Assembly (NCBI GenBank): GCA_000991405.1
Contig: LBRL01000001.1
Coordinates: 315,200-379,199, forward strand
Length of the DNA stretch: 64,000 nt
Direction: 5' to 3'
Source: Candidatus Nomurabacteria bacterium GW2011_GWD2_36_14
GTDB taxonomy: Bacteria > Patescibacteriota > Minisyncoccia > Phycocordibacterales > UBA9973
Program-made: the position numbers and the translations under genes
The notes under the pieces: generated by a model
Databases searched by the model: none
The model's input: only the letters and a program-made list of their open reading frames with translations
What the model was told of the DNA's origin: nothing
Shown here: positions 47,801-55,492 of the stretch, one piece after another
Position numbering within the stretch: position 1 is the stretch's first letter
Layout of the letters: the number at the start of each line of letters is the position of its first letter

Positions 47801-50263
47801 ACCTTGAATACGTAATACATCAGTATCATCTGAAATATCACCGAAAATATGTAATTTTTGTTGAGGCGTCGTCGTCCCAATCCCTACCTTCCCATCATTG
47901 AGTATCGTCATCGCTTCAGTTGCTCCATTGTTCCCTACTAGGAAATGCATATCGGCTCCTGTGGCTCCAACACCGGAGGTGGTTTGAAGAGTTAGGTCTG
48001 AAGTAGTAGCAGAACCTCCGAGAATTAGAGGAGTTGTGATGTTGGTTGTAAATACAGGACTCTCTAGGAATGCAAATGTCTTTCTTGCTCCTCCTGTTGT
48101 AATTGTTCCATAGTATGCATCAGTTAGAAACTCTACTGCTCCTGCTTCTGGAGTTGTAAGTAATGTCCCTGAAGTGAATTTTAGTGGAGCAGTTCCTGCT
48201 GTGGCTGTTCCTGCTTTCAAATGCAAGGCTGCTGTAGGAGATGATGTTCCAATCCCGAGGTTTCCGACAAAGTAATTATTGCCTGCACCGAGAACGTTAA
48301 GATTTTGGGCAATGGTTGTGGAAGCGTTGATGGTTAAGGTTTGAAGAGAGGGTGTGGAATTAAACATTCCATAAAGCAAAGCTCCTGCTTTATCACCAGC
48401 AGTATTTGCTCGGTCTTGATTGTCAACATAGAAAGAGTTAGAACCAAGTTCATATGCACCTGCAAACATTCCAAACATTACATTACTATTTCCAAATAGA
48501 TTATATCCTGCTCTATATCCTACAGCTGTGTTATATGAATATGGAGTAGAGCCATTATAGCCAGTTTCTGCACCAATAAGAGTATTTTGTATAAAGACAC
48601 CGGTACCACTATAACCAGCACCATCCCCAATTGCTGTGTTGTTGCTTCCTGTGGTATTGGTGCAGAGAGCACAATCCCCAATTGCTGTGTTGGAGCTTCC
48701 TGTGGTGTTGGAGTAGAGAGACTTACCCCCATTCGCTGTGTTGTAATATCCTGTGGTGTTGGAGTAGAGAGAATTATAACCATTTGCTGTGTTTCTGTAT
48801 CCTGTTGTGTTGGAGTAGAGAGAATGATATCCTACTGCAGTGTTGGCATCAGCTGCGTTAGTTGAAGTTCCAGAGCCTGAAGTTCCTGCTTGATAACCAA
48901 GAAAAGTGTTATATTGAGCTCCTGTCACAATATTGAGTCCTGCATCTTGGCCTACTTTAACATTGAAGTCTGTATTATCTTGAGATAATGGTAAATTATT
49001 TATTGCTGATGTTGTAATATTATACGTACCAAGATTTAGATTTGCATTTGCTCCAGTGTATGGGACATACGAACCAAGTGAGCTTGCTGTTGCATAATAA
49101 CTTCCATGTTGTCCGTCTAGTAAATCGGCGTTTAAGTTTGTAACAAGGCCTGTGTTGGAAGTGGTGAAAGTATTAGCACCTAGAGCTATGTTACCTCCCA
49201 TAGTAAATCCTGCTACTGTGCCTGTGAAGGTAGGACTAGTAAACATTGTGGCTTTGCTTTCGTTGGTTACATTTCCTAGCCCGACGTCAGTTGCTGTGAC
49301 AGTACTCCATGCTGGGACTGCGCCGTTGGTACCTGTGCCTGTCATACTTAAGAAGTTCTTGGTTGTTGTTGTATTGGGAGCAAGTAAGGTAGACGTATCT
49401 GTATCGGACTGATATGGGAGGGAGCCTAAGAGAGTGGTGGAATTGCCACCTGTCAGATTATTGGCCTTGGTGATAGTTCCGACAACGGAAGCATTGAGGT
49501 TTGGAATTGTGACAACACCACTGCCAAAAGTTACAGGCCTGTTGGTAGTAGTATTGATAGACAGTGTCCCGCTTGCATTGGTTCCGTCAATCAGAGGATT
49601 AGTACCAGAGAGGTTGATAGTGTTGCCAGTTATAGTTGTGGTCCCTGTAAATGTCGGGCTGTTTAAAGTTCCACTTTCGGTAATATCATTTGAGTTATTG
49701 GAAATATTTTTATTAACAGAATCATAAATGCGATCAACTTGAAGAGAATTGAAAGAAGCATTGTTGGAGTTAGACCGCTCTAGATTCTGTAGGCGAACAA
49801 TAATACTCGGATCAGTCTGGTTTATAAAAATCGTAGTAGGTCGCTCAATGATACGCTCAACAACTTTAGTTGGAGTTAGTATTTGAGTTGGCAATAATTT
49901 GGTATTGGCTTCTACTTTGTCTTTCGTTTCTATTTTATTTTTCGCTTCTACTTTTTTATTTATTTTTAATACTTTAGGTTGAGTGGCTACAACAGTAGAA
50001 ACTTTTGGTTTAGAATCAGATAAATTAATAAATTCTTTTACTTTATTCCCTATTTGATCTATGAATTCTTTGTATTTATCAAAGGTGGGAGATGTTAATT
50101 GTCTGAATGAGTAGGGAGTATTTAATTCTTGTGTATTTATCTCTGTGTTTGTCTGCGTATCAGACACAGCAAAAGCATTGGTATAAAAACCGAAAAATAA
50201 TACCAAATATAACATCAACAATAGTTTAACTAAGTAAATTTTTGATGACCTAAAATTATTCAT
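44870..50263 (-). CDS. Giant fibre/adhesin-like protein with C-terminal peptidase S74 (intramolecular chaperone) domain
   Basis: N-terminal TM/signal; 14-aa NTANG..SLYSNTTG repeats; GNVGIGTT modules; SSDINLKKNI..PVNYNW..IGFIAQE..FPSLV..YTNLIPYTIEAIKE; P/E/T-rich tail. Confidence 0.85.
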   Translation of the reverse strand: MNNFRSSKIYLVKLLLMLYLVLFFGFYTNAFAVSDTQTNTEINTQELNTPYSFRQLTSPTFDKYKEFIDQIGNKVKEFINLSDSKPKVSTVVATQPKVLKINKKVEAKNKIETKDKVEANTKLLPTQILTPTKVVERIIERPTTIFINQTDPSIIVRLQNLERSNSNNASFNSLQVDRIYDSVNKNISNNSNDITESGTLNSPTFTGTTTITGNTINLSGTNPLIDGTNASGTLSINTTTNRPVTFGSGVVTIPNLNASVVGTITKANNLTGGNSTTLLGSLPYQSDTDTSTLLAPNTTTTKNFLSMTGTGTNGAVPAWSTVTATDVGLGNVTNESKATMFTSPTFTGTVAGFTMGGNIALGANTFTTSNTGLVTNLNADLLDGQHGSYYATASSLGSYVPYTGANANLNLGTYNITTSAINNLPLSQDNTDFNVKVGQDAGLNIVTGAQYNTFLGYQAGTSGSGTSTNAADANTAVGYHSLYSNTTGYRNTANGYNSLYSNTTGYYNTANGGKSLYSNTTGSSNTAIGDCALCTNTTGSNNTAIGDGAGYSGTGVFIQNTLIGAETGYNGSTPYSYNTAVGYRAGYNLFGNSNVMFGMFAGAYELGSNSFYVDNQDRANTAGDKAGALLYGMFNSTPSLQTLTINASTTIAQNLNVLGAGNNYFVGNLGIGTSSPTAALHLKAGTATAGTAPLKFTSGTLLTTPEAGAVEFLTDAYYGTITTGGARKTFAFLESPVFTTNITTPLILGGSATTSDLTLQTTSGVGATGADMHFLVGNNGATEAMTILNDGKVGIGTTTPQQKLHIFGDISDDTDVLRIQGSSASYFTDIGVSHYKSYRAPSTNGGLNFGLDSSDGTGWTGSGGYISFSTNNATGGYNEKVRIDMNGSVGIGTTAPGSKLHVQNTLGTPQKLLILDSDSATDGAGEIIHFTSSTDETVGSQIAGIRESTGGTSYLSFSNYLNGTGIVERMRINGSGSVGIGTTNPASLFHLEGSIPVLTIKDSRSGSSWIHNDILGQIDFNTSDSTGIGAHSVGFIKAINDDSASGYPASPRVSLSFGTGNYNTVSTERMRIDYSGNVGIGTTSPLGKLDVIGNMRITRPGFENNTYQQIEVTDVTTTFNGQDSDGYMTYNFNSNGATNLRINNLGNVGIGTTTPTGKLDIQGLAVNDLPTYSAEFLLDTGWTSTDWTGDFATGWTHTVGNTSVLSHDKVAVNATKYQIAYTVTGRTAGSFTIGFGGQSASSLTATGAWGPTTTSTASLTITPTTDFDGTIVISIKSLTAVSTPLVNLKSSDGTARIEMRANTASGNTFIGVGAGRYNTTGYQNTANGLNSFLANTTGIYNTANGAYSLTTNTTGYYNTAYGHSSLYSNTTGFYNTANGYASLYSNTTGNYNTSNGERSLYSNTTGSNNTANGIESLYSNTTGDSNTADGYGSLNLNTTGSSNTALGYRSGRYIADGTTANTTSDYGVYIGRDTKAGADNNQNEIVIGYNAVGNGSNTATIGTGNVLYVGGASVVGTVARFTSSTGYCDISPLTTALVCSSDINLKKNITTLEDIEFILKTIPDMNGKSTLEKLTYLTPVNYNWNSESDTDARHIGFIAQEMEQIFPSLVFTDPKVDPITGLNLKSISYTNLIPYTIEAIKEMNLKITSIENIDINTSFISNLKGWLASATNGIEIIFAKIMKSDRVETKEFCTSDNECLNEDQLRIMIQEFKNTHTQIPEPQTIPDPEPTPDPVVTPDTTVTTDTEVEDTTTEDTTPPTSSEPVAPEPVVVPEPEAVEVSPTVAPETPVALSNTEE

Positions 50264-50338
50264 CTATAACTTATATTATATTAAATATATATAATATAAG
50301 CAATCAAAAATAAGGCTAAAGTGTGTATTTGTATGCTT

Positions 50339-51265
50339 TTAGAATTTAAAAAGTCGCTTGGCATTTAGGACTATCTGCTTGGCTACAATTTCTTCGTCTA
50401 ATCCTTTTATTTGAGCTATTTTAGCAACTATGTCCTTCACATATGAAGGTTCATTCCTCTGCCCTCTGTGGGGTACTGGAGCCACGTACGGGCTATCTGT
50501 ATCGGCGAGAATCATATCAAGCGGTGTCTCTCTTATGACCGCTTCATAATCACAAATCTCAGGCTTTGGCTTGTACGTTATAGGACCAGCGAAAGATACA
50601 AGTATGCCTATCTCTACGAACCTCTTCATGTCTTCTACACTTCCAGCAAAGAAGTGTGATACTCCCTTATAATATGGAAGTCCGACTTCCATATTATTCG
50701 GAAGTCGGACTTCCGAATGTTTTTTAATGAGTTCATAAATATCAAAATAAGCGTTGTGAGTTTTGTTAGTAGAATGATTGCGGACATGAAGCATCAAGGG
50801 TAAACCAAGCTCGTTGGCAAGTTCAATTTGAGCAATGAACGCAACTTTCTGTTTCTCTATACTATCTTCGTCCATATGGTAATAATCAAGTCCACACTCA
50901 CCTACTCCTACTACCTTCCCCCGTTTTGCAAGTTCTCTGTACTTATCTTTATCAAAAATTTCCCCACGAGAAACAAAACCTTGTTCATTCCTTTTCCCGT
51001 CTGTAGCTAATGCAGAGTCGGGGCTTCCCAGTTCCTCTTGATCATGATATGAAGCTCCTGTATGTATAGGATGAAGACCAATACAAGCATACACTCCCTC
51101 CCCATATTCATTGGTCATTTCTACTGCCTTCTTGGAAGTATCATATTGGGTGCCAATATTTATAACCCAAGTGTCATTTTCCAAAGCACGCGAAACAACC
51201 TCATCTCGATCTTCCTCGAATGCTTTGAAGTTCGTATGTGCATGTATGTCGATGTATTTAGGCAT
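50339..51265 (-). CDS. TatD-family hydrolase
   Basis: IDIHAH, GLHP, VGECGLDY, LHVR, DTDSPY.AP.PHRG.RNEP; start MPKY at 51265. Confidence 0.95.
   Translation of the reverse strand: MPKYIDIHAHTNFKAFEEDRDEVVSRALENDTWVINIGTQYDTSKKAVEMTNEYGEGVYACIGLHPIHTGASYHDQEELGSPDSALATDGKRNEQGFVSRGEIFDKDKYRELAKRGKVVGVGECGLDYYHMDEDSIEKQKVAFIAQIELANELGLPLMLHVRNHSTNKTHNAYFDIYELIKKHSEVRLPNNMEVGLPYYKGVSHFFAGSVEDMKRFVEIGILVSFAGPITYKPKPEICDYEAVIRETPLDMILADTDSPYVAPVPHRGQRNEPSYVKDIVAKIAQIKGLDEEIVAKQIVLNAKRLFKF
50671..50718. repeat. Tandem palindromes inserted in frame in tatD (48 bp)
   Basis: AATATGGAAGT-CCG-ACTTCCATATT followed by ATTCGGAAGT-CGG-ACTTCCGAAT; encodes HSEVRLPNNMEVGLPY. Confidence 0.8.
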
Positions 51266-51308
51266 AAGATAATTACTAGTTACCAATTACTGATTACTAA
51301 TTAAAAAG

Positions 51309-52748
51309 TTACTTTCTTAAAAATAATGGAGTTTCGGGCTTTTTGTTTTGTTTGATTAGTTCCTTTAGCTTTATGTTTGTTTCGGGCATTATAGGATTCA
51401 GCATGCGGGCTATCACATACAATTTCAAAATCAAATCTTTTATCATTTCCTTCCCTTTCTCTTCATCAACTTTTACAACTTTAAATGGCTGTGTGTCCTG
51501 AATAATCTTATCTAATTCAGCAATCTTTTCCCACACATAATCTGTCGCTTTTTTAATATCAAAAGATTCATAAAATTTAAAGTATTCTGTAAAATCAGAA
51601 ACTTCGGGAATTTCTGGACACTTCTCCAAATACTTTTCAGACAAAGTCAAAATACGAGAAGCTAGATTCCCCAACCCGTTGGCTAATCCTGAATTGTAAG
51701 AATCTTTGAATCTCTCTATAGTGAAAGGACTATCCTCAAAGCTTCCCACTTCACGAAGAAGAAAGTATCGGAGAGCATCAGTACCGTATTCTTTAACTAC
51801 GTCGCGTGGATCTACCACATTGCCAAGGGTCTTTGACATACGTATTCCTCCATCACCAGTTATAAATCCATTTACAACTATCTGATGTGAATTCTCTACC
51901 CCTGCTGCCATCAGCATGGCTTGCCACATAGCACTCTGGAAGCGAGTGTTGTCCTTGCCACAGTATTGAGTAGGAGTTCCGTTGACCCAATACTTTTCAA
52001 AATTACCATCAGTCTTTGGCCAGCCAAGAGTTGATATATAGTTTACAAGTGCATCAAACCATACATACATGACTTGTGTGTCGTCCCCAGGTACTGCTAT
52101 ACCCCAAGGCATCTTCTCTTTCAAGCGTGAAATAGAGAAGTCTTGTAACCCACTTTTCACAAAGTTTTTGATTTCATTCAAACGAAAATCCGGAATAACA
52201 AAATTTGGATTTTTATCATAAAATTCCAAAAGCTTATCCCCAAATGCGGAATATTTAAAGAAGTAATTTTCTTCATTTATTATTTTCAGATCTATTCCTG
52301 GATGCTCTGGACAGTAGCCATTCACAAGCTCACCATCAGTCTTCTCACTTTCACACCCCACACAATACTTGGCTTCATAATTTTTCTTATAAATATAGCC
52401 GTTGTCAGAGACTCTCTTCCAGAATTCTTGAGCGGCTTTCTCATGATGCTTGTCTGTTGTACGAATAAAGTGTATATCATCTACCACGCCAAACATTTTC
52501 AACTGCTCTTTAAAAACTTCAAATCCTTGATCTACGAACTCTTGGGCTGAAATACCTTGCTCCTTTGCTTTCTCAAATATTTTCAATCCATGCTCGTCAG
52601 TACCAGTATTGAAGTAGACATCATAACCCAAGAGTTTCTTGTAGCGTACTATGGTATCAGCCCGCACAAACTCTAAAGCGTGCCCCATGTGAAGCGGAGC
52701 ATTGACGTAAGGTAATGTAGTTGTGAGATAAAACGGAGTATTTTTCAT
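51309..52748 (-). CDS. metG: Methionine--tRNA ligase (short form)
   Basis: YVNAPLHMGH, TGTDEHG, YVWFDAL, RMSKTLGN. Confidence 0.97.
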   Translation of the reverse strand: MKNTPFYLTTTLPYVNAPLHMGHALEFVRADTIVRYKKLLGYDVYFNTGTDEHGLKIFEKAKEQGISAQEFVDQGFEVFKEQLKMFGVVDDIHFIRTTDKHHEKAAQEFWKRVSDNGYIYKKNYEAKYCVGCESEKTDGELVNGYCPEHPGIDLKIINEENYFFKYSAFGDKLLEFYDKNPNFVIPDFRLNEIKNFVKSGLQDFSISRLKEKMPWGIAVPGDDTQVMYVWFDALVNYISTLGWPKTDGNFEKYWVNGTPTQYCGKDNTRFQSAMWQAMLMAAGVENSHQIVVNGFITGDGGIRMSKTLGNVVDPRDVVKEYGTDALRYFLLREVGSFEDSPFTIERFKDSYNSGLANGLGNLASRILTLSEKYLEKCPEIPEVSDFTEYFKFYESFDIKKATDYVWEKIAELDKIIQDTQPFKVVKVDEEKGKEMIKDLILKLYVIARMLNPIMPETNIKLKELIKQNKKPETPLFLRK

Positions 52749-52751
52749 AAA

Positions 52752-53819
52752 TTAATTATTTCTCGCTTCGATTTTTTTCTTTTCTAAATCATCAAAAAAT
52801 TCAATCAAACAAACTGCTGTCGGTACAGCTAAAAATACTCCCCAAATACCAGCAAGTTCAGCTCCGATCAAAACAGAGAGGATCACAACTAAAGGAGAAA
52901 TTCCCGTAGCTTTTTTAACTATTAATGGATAAATCAAATAAGTTTCAAATTGACCAAGAATAAAATAAAAGCAAAGCACAATAGCAGAGATAGTAACACC
53001 TCCATCCAAATAAGCAAACAAGACAGCTGGGATAGTTGCCACAATAAGACCAAATGGTACGAGCTCAGCAATAACAACTATCAAAGCTAAAATGAGAGAA
53101 TATTTAACTCCAATAATAGTGAGTCCTAGATAAGCCAGAACTCCAACAATCATACCCATGAGCAATTGCCCCTGCATCCATAAGCCAATCTTTCTCTCAG
53201 TTCTGGCCCATAAACCGATAACGTATTCTTCGTGAATATCGGGGGTGACAATTCGTAAAAAGTTTTCAATTCCTTTATCAGTGATAGATAAATAAAAAGA
53301 AATAATCAAGATCAGTAGAAGATTTACAACACCCCCAAAAGCTCCTCCAAAAACATTAAAGAACCCGCCAGATAGACTCATGACTAAACCTTGGATACTT
53401 TTTATAACTTCTCCGAGAGATGCATTGTGTGAAATCGTCGAGACAACTGTTTTAGCTCCTGAGATAGTCTCCGTTTGAAATGAATTTAAAATACTACTAT
53501 CTGGAATGTATTTAGCAAGTTGACCTACAAGATCTGACATTTCCGAGATAAATACCGGAACAAATACAGATAGAAGCGAAACGATAATGGCAATAGAAAT
53601 AACGTATATCAGGATAACTGCAGCTGTTCGATTCTTGACATATTTGTTCATTTTCCCTACTGCATAAACGACGAAGGAAGCCACAACAATAGAAGTCAAA
53701 ACTATTAAAATCAGATTTGTTAGTTTAAAAATAGCGTAAAAAACTAAACCAAAAAGGATAACACGCAAAATTGAATCATTTGAAATTGAGATACGTATAT
53801 TTTTATTGTTTTCTGACAT
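52752..53819 (-). CDS. AI-2E family transporter
   Basis: Multi-pass membrane protein; WMQGQL, GISPLVVILSVLIG..LAGIWG..LAVP. Confidence 0.9.
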   Translation of the reverse strand: MSENNKNIRISISNDSILRVILFGLVFYAIFKLTNLILIVLTSIVVASFVVYAVGKMNKYVKNRTAAVILIYVISIAIIVSLLSVFVPVFISEMSDLVGQLAKYIPDSSILNSFQTETISGAKTVVSTISHNASLGEVIKSIQGLVMSLSGGFFNVFGGAFGGVVNLLLILIISFYLSITDKGIENFLRIVTPDIHEEYVIGLWARTERKIGLWMQGQLLMGMIVGVLAYLGLTIIGVKYSLILALIVVIAELVPFGLIVATIPAVLFAYLDGGVTISAIVLCFYFILGQFETYLIYPLIVKKATGISPLVVILSVLIGAELAGIWGVFLAVPTAVCLIEFFDDLEKKKIEARNN

Positions 53820-53852
53820 ATTGCTATTTTATCACAAAATAGCTCTTTATGC

Positions 53853-55124
53853 CTAGAATTTAAGAATACCTTCAAATTGAGATTGATCTTTATATGGGCC
53901 GATGATTGCTAGATTTAAATTCTTCGTTTTGAAAATAATTTTGGCCATTTTTTGAATATCCTCGGGTGTCACCTTTTTGATTTCTTTTATTTTATCTTCA
54001 AGAGTTTTTATTTCTCCTTTCATAAGTTCCTGTCCTCCGTAAAAGTTGGCAATATCGTCTGTCGCTTCGAGAGACATCTTCATGTTTCCTATTATTAGGG
54101 ACTTCACTTTATCGAGTTCTTTGTCTGTAACTTTTTCTTTTATAAGCAAATTGCATTCTTTAATAATTTCTTTTATTACCTCTTCTGTTCTTGTATTGTT
54201 TACTCCGGCTGATATCTGGAAAGCTCCATGATCAAGTGAGGCTTGATTATAAGCTCTGACATAATAAGCCACCCCCATTTCCTCACGAAGTTTAGTGAAG
54301 AGCCTTGAACTCATACCCGCACCGAGCACTCCTGCAAGCATAGAGAGTGTGGTGTTCCTCTTGTCAAATAAATCAAAAGTTCTAACTCCTAGCACAAAGT
54401 GAGTCTGATCTGTCTCTTTGTATTTTATTAAAATATTTGGTTTATCTTGACTGTCTTTTGTCTTGGGTTTCTTGCCACTTTTATTTACAGGTACATCTTT
54501 AAAATATTTTGTAATTTCCTTGTAAACTTCTTCACTGGTGATATTCCCGGAAACTATCACGACAGTATTCTCGGCTACATAGTGAGTCTTCTTGTAATTT
54601 ACAAAGTTATCCCTTACCATTTTATAAATATTTTCTTTCGTTCCTAGAGTACTCCTACCTGCAGGCTGATCACCATACAAGACTTCTGTAAATAAATCTT
54701 GCACGTGGGAAGCTGGCATATCCTCGTACATATTTATCTCTTCGACTATCACACCTTTCTCTTTCTCCATTTCTGTTTCAGGGAAAGTAGAATTCAAATA
54801 TACATCCGTTACAATATCAAACATTTGCTTGAAGTTCTTAGAATCACCTTTCGCATAGTACCCTGTATATTCACTCCCCGTAAAAGCATTATACTGACAC
54901 CCTAGAGAGTCCAGCTCGTGAGCTATGACCTGCACAGACGGACGCTTTGTGGTCCCCTTGAAGCACATATGCTCTAGGAAGTGGGAGATGCCGTTTATCT
55001 CCTTCTGTTCATAGTCGCTCCCCGTACCCACTAGTACTAGTACCGTGACTGTCGGATTGTCTTTCATTGGTATTGTCACTACCCTCAAACCATTTTTATA
55101 TACTTTCTTTTTTGCTTTTAACAT
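53853..55124 (-). CDS. M16-family zinc peptidase
   Basis: GISHFLEHMCFKGT (HXXEH), NAFT, SSRLF.KLRE..G.AY. Confidence 0.95.
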   Translation of the reverse strand: MLKAKKKVYKNGLRVVTIPMKDNPTVTVLVLVGTGSDYEQKEINGISHFLEHMCFKGTTKRPSVQVIAHELDSLGCQYNAFTGSEYTGYYAKGDSKNFKQMFDIVTDVYLNSTFPETEMEKEKGVIVEEINMYEDMPASHVQDLFTEVLYGDQPAGRSTLGTKENIYKMVRDNFVNYKKTHYVAENTVVIVSGNITSEEVYKEITKYFKDVPVNKSGKKPKTKDSQDKPNILIKYKETDQTHFVLGVRTFDLFDKRNTTLSMLAGVLGAGMSSRLFTKLREEMGVAYYVRAYNQASLDHGAFQISAGVNNTRTEEVIKEIIKECNLLIKEKVTDKELDKVKSLIIGNMKMSLEATDDIANFYGGQELMKGEIKTLEDKIKEIKKVTPEDIQKMAKIIFKTKNLNLAIIGPYKDQSQFEGILKF

Positions 55125-55152
55125 GAAGCCATTTTAGCACATTTCTTAACTA

Positions 55153-55196
55153 TCAAAAAATCTCCCCCTAGGCAAGGCCTAGGGGAGATTTTTTGA
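55153..55196. terminator. CAAGG-loop hairpin
   Basis: TCAAAAAATCTCCCCCTAGG-CAAGG-CCTAGGGGAGATTTTTTGA. Confidence 0.75.
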
Positions 55197-55197
55197 A

Positions 55198-55464
55198 TTA
55201 TTTAGATTCTAAATCTTCAATTTCTTTCTTGTAGGAGTCTATTTTATTATCAATCATTGATAATGATAATTTAACTTCTTCTGACAATTCACTGTCTATT
55301 AAATTGTGTTTCTCTAGTATCCTTTCTTTTGCTTCTTGAGCAATTTTAATTTTTTCATTCAATCCAGAAATTGTCATAATTTCTGGATTTTTTTCTTGAG
55401 GAATATTATTTAAATAACCTTCTTCTTTTGTTTTTTCCATATTTTTAAAATTAATATCAAACAT
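55198..55464 (-). CDS. Small AT-rich coiled-coil hypothetical protein
   Basis: 88-aa ORF in operon orientation; E/K-rich. Confidence 0.55.
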   Translation of the reverse strand: MFDINFKNMEKTKEEGYLNNIPQEKNPEIMTISGLNEKIKIAQEAKERILEKHNLIDSELSEEVKLSLSMIDNKIDSYKKEIEDLESK

Positions 55465-55492
55465 AAAATTTAAATAATTTATTAATAATAAC

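Noticed and set aside
45930-48840. 42-bp tandem repeats as a possible CRISPR array
   Set aside because: They are degenerate, in-frame coding repeats (NTANG..SLYSNTTG) with no unique spacers, and there are no cas genes.
44870-50263. Prophage suggested by the tail-fibre/S74 domain
   Set aside because: No integrase, terminase, capsid or other phage genes; flanked by housekeeping genes.
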